A stretch of 64,000 nt of DNA, from contig ML996693.1 of NCBI GenBank assembly GCA_010356995.1, positions 62,001 through 126,000 of the forward strand, read 5' to 3'. This DNA is from Trichodelitschia bisporula. Its lineage: Eukaryota. Below the pieces are notes generated by a model. That model saw only the letters and a program-made list of their open reading frames with translations, did no database searches and had not been told where the DNA came from. Below are positions 25,163 through 38,534 of the stretch, piece after piece (position 1 is the stretch's first letter; each line of letters starts with the position of its first letter). The position numbers and the translations under genes are program-made.

Positions 25163-26398
25163 TGTGAGGTATTCACACAGGGTTCGCGCACAAGATCTTG
25201 GTACTCTACATCCGGGTCTGCGCAACCTCTTGTTGAGCAGGCCGATAGCGCAGTCAGGGAGTCCGAGGAGTTGAGGAACCGATGATATTAGGTGCTAGTT
25301 TGCGAATGTAGTTGGCGGCGTCGAGCTGTGAAGTGCATCGAAGGCCTAACGTTGGCGGTTAGACTAGGGGTGATCTGCCGGTGACGGCACAGGGGATTGC
25401 GGAACCTATCTAGAAGGCTCCTGGCCTAACATCAAGGCCGTGCGCTCAGCCTTCGCGCTTTCCCATTATTTGCAACCTCACCTTCACATAGAAGGAACGA
25501 CGGACCTATGAGCTCCTGCATCGCTCGCTGCCTTGATTGTTGCTGGCACGTACATGCTCTCTCCTAGTTTTCCTCCCTCTCACATATGTCTCTCAACCTC
25601 GCAATCTTCCACCTTGCCAGACTTGAACCTCATCCAACCCCTTACAACGCATTATCTCAAGTTTTCAATCCTATACGATTCTATCTCTTCAAATGAGCTG
25701 CCTCACTCCATCGTCGATATCCAGTTATCGGTTGTTGTTCTCTCACCACATTCGCCCACATGGTGCTGGATCAGGACGCCTCGCATCAGCTAGACCTATA
25801 TAAACGCCGACGTGTGACTCCCCGGATGCTTCTTCAATGACCTAAAGGGATCTCCACGTATATCAGACGGCTGCTGGACGGCTACGGCCGCTTCAGCAGC
25901 TCATCCGGAACCCCAATCCGGTCTCGATCACTGCCCAATACTTCACCACGTTGTTTTCACACTCTCACTGCCTCATTGTCCTCTGCCTTGTCTGCACCCA
26001 GTGCTTTCTTGAGTTCGATACTTGATTGAGGTACTTCAATCAGGCGTTGAGGCTAACCCATCAATCAATCCACCACTGAATAATACCCTCTCATTCTGCA
26101 TCCCTCAATCGACTTGCTTTCACCGACATCTCGGATACCGCGTACCAGGACTTGCCCCTGGAATCGGTCCGTGAAGATAATCTATAGTGTCCCGTTAGCA
26201 GACAACGGCCCCAGCAGTGCCGGGCCGGGATGCAACACCATTAATCTATTCAGCCCAACAGCTCACCATCTCCCCATCCTGTCTGCGTAGAGTGTGGCCC
26301 AATCTCACACGAACAACTGCTCACTCTATTGGCTCCGCTCTCTGTACTGCAGGAGGCTTCTATATTAGTAAAGAATGTACCCTCTCTCTCATCCAAAT

Positions 26399-26470
26399 GG
26401 CCGTGTGGCGTAATGGCAACGCGTCTGACTACGAATCAGGAGATTGCAGGTTCGACCCCTGCCTCGGTCA
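26399..26470 (+). tRNA. tRNA-Arg(ACG)
   Basis: GGCCGTG/CTCGGTC acceptor stem, TGGCGTAATGG A box, anticodon arm TCTGA-CTACGAA-TCAGG, GGTTCGACCCC T loop, T-run terminator at ~26484. Confidence 0.95.
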
Positions 26471-26539
26471 ATGGCGACTTTCATTTTTTTTCTGCATCGC
26501 TTTGATGCGAATTCTCTTTTTTGAGCTCCGGGGATCATC

Positions 26540-26760
26540 GCTGCCCGTATATCCTCAACTTTCCCCTATTTATCTCGGCATCCTCTTGCTTGAGATCGGC
26601 CTCGGGCAGCCGCTTGAAAAACTCCGCAGGGCCGATGAATGCGTGAGCCATAGGCCACCAGACATGTTGAGCGATTATATCACGGCGAGGCGTCTGCTCG
26701 ATTTTCGTACACATCGCAAAATGTGAGATGCCCACGCAACTTGGGCATATCGGACTATCC
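26540..26760 (+). pseudogene. Fragment of a fungal kinase-like C-lobe domain
   Basis: IYLGILLLEIGLGQPLEKLR...DYITARRLL resembles the (S)LGxxLLEIG motif of fungal kinase-like / HeLo-associated proteins. No plausible 5' part is present, because the tRNA lies immediately upstream. Confidence 0.5.
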
Positions 26761-27946
26761 CTGTCAAGGCTGAGCCTGAAATGGACTGGAAAGAGAAGAG
26801 ATAGATCCAAAACCGGTCAATCGTCCGTCTCCGCTCGGGTTCCCAGGGTTCGTCGTATGGTGCAATGTGCAGGACACAGATGGTACCATGAAAAGGAAGG
26901 GCCGCGCAGTTGTCGACATACGCGGGCTCAACGCCATCACTATTACTGTAGTAGTGATGCGTATCCACTTCCCCGGCAAGAGGATGTCATCGCCGCGATC
27001 ACTGGTTCGCGCTTCATCAACTGTGCGGATGCCCTCAGGTTTTCCCACCAGTGACCGGTGGTACCGTAGGATCGTCACAAGCCGACGGTCATATCTCATT
27101 GAGGTCAAGAATCTTTCCGTGTCGCGCCAATGGGCTACAAGGGTTCGCCGTCTTATCCAAAGGCAGATGGACCGTCAATCACGGTGATAAACAGCGACGG
27201 CGAGTTAGTGGCACTTATACGCTTCCGGATTCAGCCTGGAGTCGGCTTAGACAGCCTTTGGAAGCGGCACCACAGTAATCTGCGTCGCCAAACACCTGTG
27301 CCCGAGTCCCTGAAACTGCGGAGCTGGGGCAACTGAGACTTGTGGGTTGGTGAACGAGGCAGGTGGTGCGGTGCTGAAGAGGGTTTGAAAGTTCGACGTC
27401 ATCTTCGTTGCAAGCGTGCATCTCCGGACTGGTTCAAAGAGCACACGCTCTATCCACCCCTCTGGAAGGAGTGAGAGCCATCTTCGCACGTTCAGGAATC
27501 CTCGACACGAACTCACGTTACCGACCCTCTCATCGTTCGATACCACGTCATTGACCATTCTCCCCTTCGTCATCGACCTCATGCACACACCCACACTTCT
27601 CTATTCCCGCCGTTATAACCACACGTGCACCCACCTTCTCGTCTCGTGCCGTTGTCGTCTATAGGCATGTACGCATCCTCGTCCCGCTGAACTACCTCTT
27701 CACGACCGGGCATAGCCCGTCGCACTTCAGATCACGTCCCCTTCGCGATCGCCCATTCCGTTCCAGCTCACGAGCCTCTTCGCACTGGCATCGTCATCAA
27801 GCAATCAGCACATCTCGGATCCTCTCCCGTCCCTGAGCGGCGCACACCGTCTCCGACCCCGTCTCGAAGATACCCCTTCCGCTGTTGACCAAGCACCCTC
27901 ACCGGCGTCGGCTGTCGCGCATCCTCTAAGTCACGGTCATTTCAAT

Positions 27947-28440
27947 ATGGCGTTCACGTATGAACCAGGAGAGTTCGATGGGGTGACGCGTCGCGATGTG
28001 GACACTTATTTGACGGAGTCGCCGTTTGTCTGTTATTGGCGCCATCAATCTGATAGCTGCAGACCCCACATTGGATGACGAAGAGAGGAAGCGGATGGCG
28101 AAGTTGCTCGAGGTGGCAGCAATCAAGAAGAAGATGGTGGAGCCAGCAGCTCGGTGGCTATGGCAACAGCCATCCGCGGTCACGGATCATCTCGAAGCAC
28201 TGCAAACGGCAATGAGAAATACGTTTCACGGCGAGCATATTGATGATCCGCGAGCGACCACGGAGGTGGTTGGGAAATTGTCTCAGCTCAGCCAAGGCGA
28301 CCGATCGATTGCAGAGTACGTTCGATACATCGATGAAGAGATCGTCCCCTTCTGCCCTCGCGATTGGTCTGTCTGAATCGTCGAGTACACTCTCAAGGGC
28401 CTGAAACCCCCTAGTATTGAGGAGCGCGCGCGCATGGTCT
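27947..28440 (+). mobile_element. Degenerate retrotransposon gag-like fragment
   Basis: MAFTYEPGEFDGVTRRDVDTYL, a frameshift near 28026, KLSQLSQGDRSIAEYVRYI, a TGA at 28374, then IVEYTLKGLKP. These are the P..FDG, L.QG..S..EY and GL. motifs of Ty3/gypsy-type gag in the expected order. No pol or LTR was recognised. Confidence 0.55.
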
Positions 28441-30159
28441 TTGGCGGCATCAAGGGTCGATGAACACGAGTGGCATGAGGGATTGGCAGGCCCTCTCAGG
28501 TATCCTCACTCAAGCCGAGAAGGTCGGGCCTGGGCCACCGGGCACGTATTTATGGTGAAAGACATTGCGTTCGGATAGATCCCAGATCCGCAAGGGGGGT
28601 CGCTGCTGGATGGCATCGATCCTCATGCATTCTGCAGGCATTTCTGGACGCCGATGGTTGTGCGGCGACGAGCGTCTTGCATCTGCTCAACTTCTTGCAG
28701 TTCATTACTTTTCCCAGTGGCATGGGCACATCTGAATCTCAACCCCAAAAGTGGCATTTTTTCGTCGAAGGTATGACGATCTTGGGGGAATCGAAAGGAC
28801 GTCCGGTGGGATACGACCTTCTGCAGATGCTCGTCACTATCCGAGATTGGTCGGTTTCTCGCAGTTTCAAGGAGGTGGAGCGGTTCTTATACCACTCGGA
28901 ACGTCAGGCCGCTCGTCCTACTCTATACGTGGCGCGAACTGTTTGTGGAAGATCTCGCAAACGTCCCTATGACAGACCTGAATTCGCCACATCCCTCTCA
29001 TGCCAGGCGACAGATGTTGGGTGCAGGATAGAACGGGCATGCATATGGGACCAGAGTCTCGTGTATGATGCTTCGGCGTCCGGTTTTAATCCGGCCACAT
29101 ATCTAGCTCGCAGGACAGCCACGACAGGGTTTGACCAGCTTTCCTCTGGCATCCCCACCCTGACGCATCATCCAGCTTTTGCACCACAGGTCTTGCTTTG
29201 TTTACCCTGTCCGTCAACAGACTCGTTCGTCGACACTACCGCGATGACAGGTGGGGACTGTGGGTGCGCACCATCTCGGTACCAAGGGGCAGGAGCCAGC
29301 CAGCCATTGTTTGCATTTAGTAGGAGCATGGAACCCACTGGGTTCTGACTCCATCCCTCCCTTTCGATAGCAATCTTCCAGCTTTGTTTGCACCCTGATG
29401 GTTCGGACGCGAGGCATGGAGGACATGGATGGCAGATGGAGCCACGGTCGGCAGCATTGCGCGCGGCATTGTTATGAGGTCAGTTGGCATTATGTCAAGG
29501 CTAGGAGGTTTCGAGGGCATTCGAGCTCGAAGACTTCGTCTCCCGAGCTCGAAATTAGGTTGTCTGGGGCGCATGTTGGAGACAGGATCTACCGGTCATG
29601 CGCTTGAGGGTTAGAGTCACGTGTGTAGCGCTTCGGCGCTGGGTTTATCCGGCTAGCTATTAGTTCTCAGGGCAGGGTTTGGACGGTCTCCTCGACATCC
29701 CCCACCTCTGACATCTACCATTGAGTTTTGTTCCTCTCTGTCGTGCCTTGCTTTGTTGTCCGTCAGCAGGCTTTCAGTGGTCATCGGTTTAACAGCGGAG
29801 GAACGTTCAAGGGTCCATTCAGTACCAGAAGCGAGGATAGATTTCATATGATCAAGCCAATGGCCCAGAACTACAGTTCATGAATATAGCTTTGTCCAGG
29901 ACCCCTATGGATGACTGTGTTGTGTTACTGGATATCGTGCCGATTCCAATACCTCACTCAGTGAGAGATACCGCCCCCGTTTCGTGATTCACGCGCGCTC
30001 ACAATCGAGTCTGGTCCAGCTGGTTACGTTGCGTGCTAAGTTGCTTCCCCCATCCCCGATCTCGCGATATATAGCACGTGGTGCCAAGAATGGAGGCGGC
30101 TAGGGTCGGAGTGACGCAGCAAGTGTGGCGCGAGCTCTCCATCCAGAATTGAGCAGAGC

Positions 30160-30174
30160 ATTCGAGAAATTTCA
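30160..30174 (+). promoter_or_regulatory. Perfect heat-shock element (nTTCnnGAAnnTTCn) upstream of HSP78
   Basis: aTTCgaGAAatTTCa, ~100 bp before the ATG of a heat-shock chaperone gene. Confidence 0.8.
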
Positions 30175-30272
30175 CAGGACCTCATACAAGTGGCGTCGAC
30201 CTGTAACTACTTCGATATCATGAAACCCGTTCACCGTAAACCTCACTGCCTTTTTCTAGTCTGAGAACCACC

Positions 30273-32681
30273 ATGCTTCAATCGCAAACCCGTTCCGCCG
30301 CGCGGCGCATCCCCTCGCTGGTATCGCGCACCGCAAGCCCTCACTTGGTCAGACCAGCGTCTGCCCTCACACGCTTCGTCGCACTGAGGCAACGCGCCTC
30401 CCATCTCTCTCCAGTCTCAAGCACTGCCGTCCGGTACTACGCAAATGGCCGTCCGCAACCACCCGGCGGAACCCACCGTATGAACCTCGGCGGCGAGCCG
30501 GAGAAGCCTGCTCTCGAAGAATACGGAGTCGACCTTACAGCTCGAGCAAGAGACGGCAAACTGGATCCGGTCATTGGACGAGACTCGGAAATCCAGCGCA
30601 CGATTCAAATCCTATCGCGCAGGACGAAGAATAACCCCGTGTTGATTGGGTCCGCGGGTACGGGCAAGACGGCGATATTGGAGGGGCTGGCACAGCGGAT
30701 AGTCCAGGGTGATGTGCCGGAGTCGGTTAAGGACAAGCGCGTCATCTCGTTAGATCTGGGGTCGCTGATTGCTGGGGCCAAATACCGGGGAGATTTTGAA
30801 GAGCGGCTTAAGAAGGTCTTGAAAGAGGTGGAGGAAGCTAAGGGCGGGGTGATACTGTTCGTGGACGAACTTCACACGCTTCTGGGCTTGGGCAAGGCAG
30901 AGGGCAGCATTGATGCAAGCAACCTCCTTAAACCCGCCCTTGCGCGGGGTGAGCTCCAATGCTGCGGCGCTACGACATTGACCGAGTACCGGCAGATTGA
31001 GAAGGATGTAGCACTGGCTCGAAGATTTCAGCCTATAATCGTGGACGAGCCGAGTGTGCAAGACACGATTTCCATTCTTCGCGGCATCAAGGAACGCTAT
31101 GAAGTTCATCATGGCGTTCGCATCACCGACAGTGCCTTGGTGGCCGCTGCTACGTATAGTAACCGCTACATCAGTGACCGCTTCCTCCCAGACAAGGCTA
31201 TTGACCTTGTGGATGAAGCCGCGAGCGCTCTTCGGCTGCAGCAGGAAAGCAAGCCGGATGCGATACAAGAACTGGACCGCCAAATCATGACTATCCAGAT
31301 TGAGCTCGAGTCGTTGCGCAAGGAGACAGACGTCGTAAGCAAGGAGCGTCGCGAAAAGCTTGAGGAGACGCTCAAGGTCAAGCAAGAGGAGGTGAAGAGT
31401 TTGATGGAGAAGTGGGAAAAGGAACGTGCCGAAATTGACAAGATCAAGAGCTTGAAGGAGCAGATCGAAAAGGCTCGACTGGACCTCGAGCAGGCGCAAC
31501 GCGAGGGCAACTTCGCAAAGGCCAGCGAGCTGCGATATGCCACGATTCCGAGCCTCCGGCAGCAACTTCCCGAGGACAACGAAAACACCGACACTTCCCT
31601 GCTTCACGATTCCGTCACTGCCGACGACATCGCCCATGTCGTCAGCAAGACCACAGGCATCCCGGTAACCAAGCTCATGGCTGGGGAGGTGGAGAAGCTC
31701 ATCCACATGGAGGACACGCTTCGCAAGTCCGTCAGGGGCCAAGATGAGGCTTTGACGGCCGTCGCCAACGCCGTGCGCCTGCAACGTGCCGGCCTCAGCG
31801 GAGAAAACCGTCCGCTCGCGAGCTTCATGTTCCTTGGTCCGACCGGCGTCGGCAAGACGGAGCTGTGCAAGAAGATGGCTGGCTTCCTATTCTCGACCGA
31901 AACTGCCGTTATCCGGTTCGATATGAGCGAGTTCCAGGAGAAGCACACGGTCAGCAGACTCATCGGCAGCCCGGCCGGCTACGTTGGGTATGAGGATGCG
32001 GGCCAGCTCACGGAGGCCGTCCGTCGGAAGCCCTACGCTGTGTTGCTGTTTGATGAGTTTGAAAAGGTAAGCAAGGCATTGACTTGACTGAACGTATCTG
32101 ACGTCTTCCAGGGCCACCGTGACATATCTGCTCTCCTTCTCCAGGTCCTTGACGAAGGCTTCCTCACCGACGCCCAAGGCCATAAGGTCGACTTCCGGAA
32201 CACCATCATCGTGCTGACGTCTAATTTGGGCGCCGATGTCATCCTCGGGGAAGACCCTCTGCAGTTTGCGAAGCCGGACAAAGACGCTTCCAAGATCTCG
32301 GAGCCGGTCAAGAGGGCGGTGATGGATATCGTCAACCACAGCTATCCCCCCGAGTTCCTGAACCGCATCGACGAGTTCATCCTCTTCAACCGCTTATCCA
32401 AGGATGCGCTCCGGGACATTGTGGACATTCGACTCCGGGAGCTGCAGGCGAAGCTGGACGACCGCCGCATCACGCTCGCTGTGAGCGATGAGATCAAGGG
32501 CTGGCTTTGCGATCGAGGTTATGACCCTCGCTTCGGCGCGCGGCCACTGAACCGGCTTATTGCGAAGGAGATTGGCAATGGACTGGCTGACCAGATCATC
32601 CGAGGCCATGTCAAGGCGGGAGACAAGGCTGTGGTGATGTTGAACGAGGATAAAACGGGGCTGGAAGTGCGGCGGGAATGA
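30273..32681 (+). CDS. HSP78: Mitochondrial ClpB-type disaggregase Hsp78
   Basis: Arg-rich presequence and no ClpB N-domain; [50 protein letters not shown]. Intron 32067-32111. Confidence 0.97.
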
Positions 32682-33917
32682 TCTGGTGGTTATGATGGGC
32701 ATGCACGATCTCTGCTCTTTTACGTTATGAAAATGTGCATAGACGGCGCTGGAGCATACGGTAGACTCCTGTCTGGTTGGCATTGTTGAATGTACAGTAG
32801 TTAGCGATGCCTGAGTCTCTACTCTCCGAATAGAAGCGGGTCGGCCGCATCGAGATCACTAATGCTAGTCATCGAATTGTCATACATATCCCTCCGGATG
32901 ACTCGTAAACGCCCTGCATATCACGAAAGTCGCGTGGGAAACAACTGACAGGCTCCGTTAAAAGCCATGCAACGCCACCGGGTTCGGGATGGATTCGCAT
33001 CCGCGCTTTTGGCTTTTTGCGTTCGGAGCCGAATCATGCCGGCATATGAGGCCAGCCTTGTCCGCAGCCGTCATTGGTTTCGGAGACGACGGTGGCTGGC
33101 TCACATTGCAGTTGTGCGAATTTTGCTATTCATAAAGTCTCTTCCGCGCGGTTTGAACCCCACTTTTTAGCCGCAGCACTTGACGAAACGAACCCGGTAA
33201 GCCGTAGCGTGGGCCGCTCGGATCTCATTTCTGACAGATCTCGCTTGCATCATGGAAAAGTGGCCTGACTCGACTGCGTTGACGCGCTTTTCACGCTTAC
33301 CAGGCCCGGCGGAAAATGAGAGGCTGACAGCCGAGTCCGCCCGCTCGTGGGGTGCTGGGCCGAGTCATACCCGATGCGGATTCGTCTGCAAGCGAGGGGG
33401 CGTCGGCAAGCCTTTCCTCAAGAACCTTAACCCGATATGCGGATGCCGCTGCCTTCACCCCGCATTAAAGTGTCGGTCGCTGCCTGGATACACTGCAAAC
33501 TGCTTACTGCAGGAGCACACTGCCGTGCCTGAAGCAATATCACGCCCTTTTATGCAGCTCCTCATGCGGCTAACGTACCGCAACACACCCGCCGGGCCAC
33601 TCGCTTATGCTCTCTACTACTTGTAAACGGCTGCGGCTAGCATGATGCCCCTCCCGTGGATTACTTCGGAGGGGCACTTGTGGCGGTTTTGGCAGGCCAC
33701 TTAAGCCGCGCCCAGGACGCCGCATTGCTTTTCTAATTCTCCGCCATTTGGTCCGGCGCCGTGGGCATAAAAATGCTCGATGCCCGGCGCGGATTAGTCT
33801 GTTGGTCCGATTTCCCCACCGTAATAAGGAGGTTGTGCGTCTCGAGATCTGGCGACTGCGACTTCATGACCCGTAAGCGCGGAGGGAGGAGACGACGATT
33901 CTCCAAGATCGCAGATT

Positions 33918-35186
33918 ATGGCTCAGTTTCCTGATTTCGATACGGCGGGCTGGCCGGAGCCGAATTATGAGAGTCCGGAGAGGAGGGGGAATACGATGTT
34001 GGCGGTGAACTTGGTTGCTGCGTCGCTTGCTTTGATCACTGCTGCTATGCGGATATATACTCGCCTGTTTATCACCAGGTGGTTTGGCGCTGACGACGTC
34101 TTCATCATCTTCGCTCTGGTACGTTGGCCAGGTTGGGTATTCCGCACGCGCTCACAGCCGCAGATCTTCGCCCTCAGCGTCGTGGCTCTCTTCTGCACCG
34201 CAACCCTCAAATTCGGCTTCGACAGACACATGTGGGATCTGCAGCCCGATCTAGCAGCCGGTAACGTCAGCCCGACGATAACATCTCAAACTCTAACGGC
34301 CACTAGGCACCGGCAAGATCGTCTTCCTACACAACATACTCTTCGTCAGCGCCGCCAACGCAACCCACGTGTCATGGCTCTGCTTCTACTACCGCGTTGT
34401 GCTCGACAGCGACATAGAATGGTTCCGCAACCTGCTGCACCTCTCCGTCGCCGCCATCATGAGCCTCTTCATCGTCTTCCTCTCGCTCGCAATCCGGCTC
34501 TGCATGTGCGCCCCCCCCCCACTCATTACCCTTTCAAATAGTCCCACTAACTCCTCTCCCCCCCAGGCCCATAAAAGCCATGTGGGCCTTCCCCCCCGTC
34601 GAAGACGCCCGCTGCCTGCGCAAAGGCCAAATCACCGTCTCCGGCGGTATCATCAAAACGCTCATCGACTTCATGCTCATCGCGCTGCCGGTCCCCCTCC
34701 TGATGCGGCTCACCATGCGCACCCGCCAGCGCCGCGGCCTCCTCGCGCTCATCGGGCTCGGCATCGTAGTTCCGGCCGCGGGGTCGGTGCGCATATACAA
34801 CAATTACCAGATGTACTTTGTGTCGACGGATCGCACGTGGGTGCTGTACCGCGCGTATAGTGCGTCGGCGCTGGAAGGGAGCTTGGGCATTGTAAGTCCC
34901 CCTGTCCCGGCAGTTGGTGTGTGTCTAATGTGGGTAGATATGCGCGTGTGTGCCTACGCTGCGGCCTGTTCTGAGCTCGTTTCTGGAGTGGGCGTTTGAG
35001 CCGTTTAGCGAGCTGGGGAGGGCGCGGAGGTCGGATCCATCGGGGAGTACGCAGCCGAAGCTGGGGACGGAGGAGCCGAGGAGTCCGCTGGATGGGAGGG
35101 TGAAGTCGATGGCGTCGAGGGATCCGATTGCGATGATTATGGAGGAGGATGAGAAGGATGGGGGGGGGGGGATGGGGGGGGGATGA
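33918..35186 (+). CDS. PTH11-like integral membrane protein (fungal rhodopsin domain, no CFEM)
   Basis: MRIYTR..FGADD, FGFDRHMWD, DFMLIALPVP, LEGSLGIICACVPTLRP. Introns 34119-34163, 34261-34306, 34506-34566, 34892-34937 give a continuous frame. Confidence 0.9.
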
Positions 35187-35424
35187 TAGAGGTGGGAATG
35201 GGGAGGGGCATGACGACTTGTATGAATGATATCCCCTGGTTAGAAGGCTACAACCTAATGGTAATTACTATCCCAAGGCCCTGCCCTACAGCAGAAACAC
35301 GCCCTGCATACTTTGCATGGCGAGCGCACCACAGATTTGGCTTGCTCAAGCCAACGAGATCATCTTTTGTTCCCGTTTACATCGCTGGTTTTCTTTTAAA
35401 AATATTTGATTTCAGCATCAAATA

Positions 35425-35511
35425 GCGCCTGTAGTCTAGTGGTTAGGATAACTGCCTTCCATTCCTCATGGATGTCAGCAGTTGACCCGGGTTCGAATCC
35501 CGGCGGGCGCA
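35425..35511 (+). tRNA. tRNA-Gly(TCC) with a 15-nt intron (35462-35476)
   Basis: GCGCCTG/CGGGCGC acceptor stem, anticodon arm ACTGC-CTTCCA^A-GCAGT, GGTTCGAATCC T loop, downstream T-runs. Confidence 0.95.
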
Positions 35512-35682
35512 AATGTTCTTTTGCGATTCTTTTTGCATTGTTAGTCAGATGCGGGGCTCTCTGCCTCGAGAGATTCGCGAAAGGGGAACGTGTTGCTTTT
35601 GTCTGGTTGGCAAGCATGGGAGGGTGGGAGGTCATCCGCAAACTACGAGCCAGGGGCCTTAACTTGCTTTACATACACACGT

Positions 35683-36831
35683 TCACCCATTCTGTCGTAG
35701 CCTCTCCAAAGCTGCTAATACTCCTTCACCCACTTCCGGCTCAGCTGGCCTCTTTTTAGGGTTCGCAGCGCTGGGACCCGGGGGCTTCGCCGCAGTCTGC
35801 GCCGCAGCTTCCATTTCCATCTCCCGCATAACCGCTTCCTCGTCTTCGTCCGGCTCTCGCGGGTCGAAGGCGGCAGCCGGTCTCACCACGGGCCGACGGT
35901 TCGCATCGGGAATCCCGTCGGCAACCGATCTAGGCGGTTGGAATTCCGCGCGTGCGGCGATCGGCTCGCCCACGCGCCCCCCGACACCGCCGCTCTGACT
36001 CGGCCCCGCAGCAGCAGCCTGCGTCAGCGCCGTCCTCCGCCTCGCCGTCTTCGCGCGGAACGGGTCCCTCACTGCACTGCACCAGTGCTTGACCTTCGTC
36101 TGGCCCCAGCCGGGCAAGATGCGGATCTCCTCCGGCTTGGCATTAACCGCCGTGCGCACGCTGCCGAAGTTGGTTACTAATGCGAGGGCATCCGTCTTAT
36201 TAACGCTGCGCGGCGTAGTCACGAACTCGGTCATTTGCTCCGCGTAGGTGCGGCTCTGCGGCGCGCGGATGGCGGTGGGGGTGGTGTTCTGGTACATCTT
36301 GTACAGCTCGAGGTAGCGCGCGGCTTCGGCGGCGGACCAGCAGAGGATTAGGGTGACGTTGTTGATCAGGCTTGCTTTGCTGAGTTCGCGGAGGGATTCT
36401 TCATGGTTTGGGATGTCGACTACGACGAGTAGGACGCGGAGGGCGTATTTACCGGCGAGGCCGCGGATGCGTGCGTAGATATACTCCGGCTTCAGGCGGT
36501 GGTACTTGAGGCTGAGGAAAAGGGCGCAGGTTGTTGTCCCCAGCACGTAGTCGGCGGGGATGTCGGCCCATTCCCAGGGCGTGGATCGGATTTCTTTGAG
36601 GATTGGGTTTTCTTTTTGGCGGGGGGAGACGAGGATTGTGTTCGGGCCGGTGGGGACGGGGAGGGCTTGGGGGCGTGGTTGTTGGACGGCGCGGGTGGGT
36701 GCAGTGGTTGTGTTGGTGGGGGGGGGGTTTGTGCTGGGTGTGCGGGGTAAGGGCTGGGGACGGGAGGTGGCGTGTTCGGCGGCTTCGAGGGCGGCGAGGG
36801 CGTCGGCGTCGGAGATGTCGTCGAAGACCAT
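35683..36831 (-). CDS. RAD10: Nucleotide excision repair protein Rad10/ERCC1 (Swi10)
   Basis: ILVSPRQKENP, IPADYVLG, ALFLSLKYHRL.PEYIY.R, EAARYLE, HhH region VNKTDA...PGWG..K. Confidence 0.96.
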   Translation of the reverse strand: MVFDDISDADALAALEAAEHATSRPQPLPRTPSTNPPPTNTTTAPTRAVQQPRPQALPVPTGPNTILVSPRQKENPILKEIRSTPWEWADIPADYVLGTTTCALFLSLKYHRLKPEYIYARIRGLAGKYALRVLLVVVDIPNHEESLRELSKASLINNVTLILCWSAAEAARYLELYKMYQNTTPTAIRAPQSRTYAEQMTEFVTTPRSVNKTDALALVTNFGSVRTAVNAKPEEIRILPGWGQTKVKHWCSAVRDPFRAKTARRRTALTQAAAAGPSQSGGVGGRVGEPIAARAEFQPPRSVADGIPDANRRPVVRPAAAFDPREPDEDEEAVMREMEMEAAAQTAAKPPGPSAANPKKRPAEPEVGEGVLAALERLRQNG

Positions 36832-37327
36832 GGTGTGGGTATGGTTGACTGGGTTGGTGGAGTTTGAGAGATGGGGACGTGATCACGGTGATGTCGCGTT
36901 TCGCTCAGCAAGGCAGAAGACTAGGCGCCAAGGCATCAAGATGTTTTCGACAGCTACATTGCCCCACGCTTCTGACTACACAACTTCGCGGTACATTCCA
37001 AATCAAGACCGGAGACTATTGAAAACCATCGTTCAGAAAGCTACTCTTCTTGTCTTCTCTGTAGGACCCTCGCCATCCCTAATGATATGACGAAAGCGCT
37101 CGCTTCGATGCCCGCTTGGGAAAGTGTTTCGTCCAGCTTCGTCCAGCTTGCCAACTCTCACGCCAAACTCTGCCTCCGCAGCAAAGAACTCAGCTCAAAT
37201 GTTAGCGGGGTCCAAAGATACCTCCAAACATTTACGAAGGGGTCGCTTGCTACTTACCTCTGCTAGGAAGCGACATCTGACATACTGCTCCACACGGTCG
37301 GATGGTGGGACGGGTTGGTGCTCGTCG

Positions 37328-38534
37328 CTAAAGCTTCTGGGGAGGAGAGCCTTTATCGTGTAGGCTTTTGGTTGGTATTCGAGCCATGAAGGAGCTCCAG
37401 AGCGAGGTTATTTCAATATACCACAAGAGCCTCTCATATGCCGTGCTGAACGCGAGCCACTCTTCGGACGTAGAGGAGCGGCGTTCGAGTATACCCATAG
37501 TATGAGTATGCAGTTCCTTGCAAAATCTTACGGATTTCGTGAGCTGCTCAATCTCCTCAGTATATGATACCTGAGCTCCTTGTCGATCTTTGAGATCAGT
37601 TAGGAAGTCGGACAGCAATGGAAGCATTTCCTCGACCTCCAGTTTAAAGTCGGATAGTCGCTGTCCTTGGTGTAGTAGCTTCTGACAGGGTGTCTATCTT
37701 TCCCTTAGGATGCCCCTACACCAGATGAAGACTTCATGAAACTCTTTGGCAAGTTCTCCAGATGGCATGGCGATGGCGATGAGTGAAGCGCAGCGGCGAA
37801 ATACCTGAGATGAAAGTGAAGGGTTTGCGTCGGAGGTTCTCGAGGCTCAGCTGCGGGGTTTTGGTCGAAGGCTTGTTGCTGGGAACTCGGGTTGACAAGG
37901 CCCTAGGACGCCTGAAAACGTGATTGCACCCCCCCTCCCTGCTGATGATTGTTGGTGCCCCTCGCTAGGGCTTCGGGGGGACATATTGTTGGTGTGAAGG
38001 TCTGTCAAAGAGAAGATACCATATATAGTCATTATTGGCCCATTTTAACGCGTCCCACTCCTGGGGCATACATGAACAGCGTTTGTGTACAGCCTCAGTA
38101 CTAGTATAGAGTTCGTTACCGAATCCTACGGTTCGAGTGAGCCAGTTAATCGCCTCGGGGTAAGAAGCCTGATCGGCGGCCTCCGCTTGCTGATGTTTGA
38201 GGTCGGTTAAGAAGTCGGATAGACGTTGCCCTTGGAGTTCCTTGCCACAGGGAATCTCTCCTAGGGTGCTCAAACACTCGGAAGAGACGTCGGAAATCTG
38301 AGTTGAAACACTTTCTGGTATGGGCATTGCGATGAGTGAAGCGTAACGGCGAGATGTCTGATATGAAACTGGGGAGCTTTGCGTCGGGGGTTTTTGAGGC
38401 TCAGCTGCGGGGTTTGGGTCGAAGATTTTCTGGGAACTCAGGTTGATAAGGCTCCAGGGCGTCTGGAAAGTCGTTTCACTCCGCCCCCCACCCTGCAGAT
38501 GGTTAGTACCAATGAGGTCCTGAGGGGATGCCAT
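37328..38534 (-). repeat. Diverged ~550-bp tandem duplication of an orphan coding-like unit; the left-hand copy is disrupted
   Basis: AAACCCCGCAGCTGAGCCTC and CGCTTCACTCATCGC occur in both units (~38410/37860 and ~38340/37790). Translations share LSDFLTDLK..Q....SY.E.I..LT..V.F..EL. Confidence 0.8.

Noticed and set aside
28677..29850. Continuation of a retrotransposon (pol) after the gag-like fragment
   Set aside because: No protease, RT (YxDD), RNase H or integrase motifs in the translated frames provided.
30750..31784. 344-aa antisense ORF, and similar long shadow ORFs such as 54221-55387, 48964-49875 and 43560-44483
   Set aside because: They overlap well-supported genes, are low-complexity or lack motifs, and are expected from GC-rich biased codon usage.
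33646..33676. 9-bp inverted repeat (TGCCCCTCC...GGAGGGGCA) upstream of the PTH11-like gene
   Set aside because: Too short to exceed chance expectation in 64 kb of GC-rich sequence.
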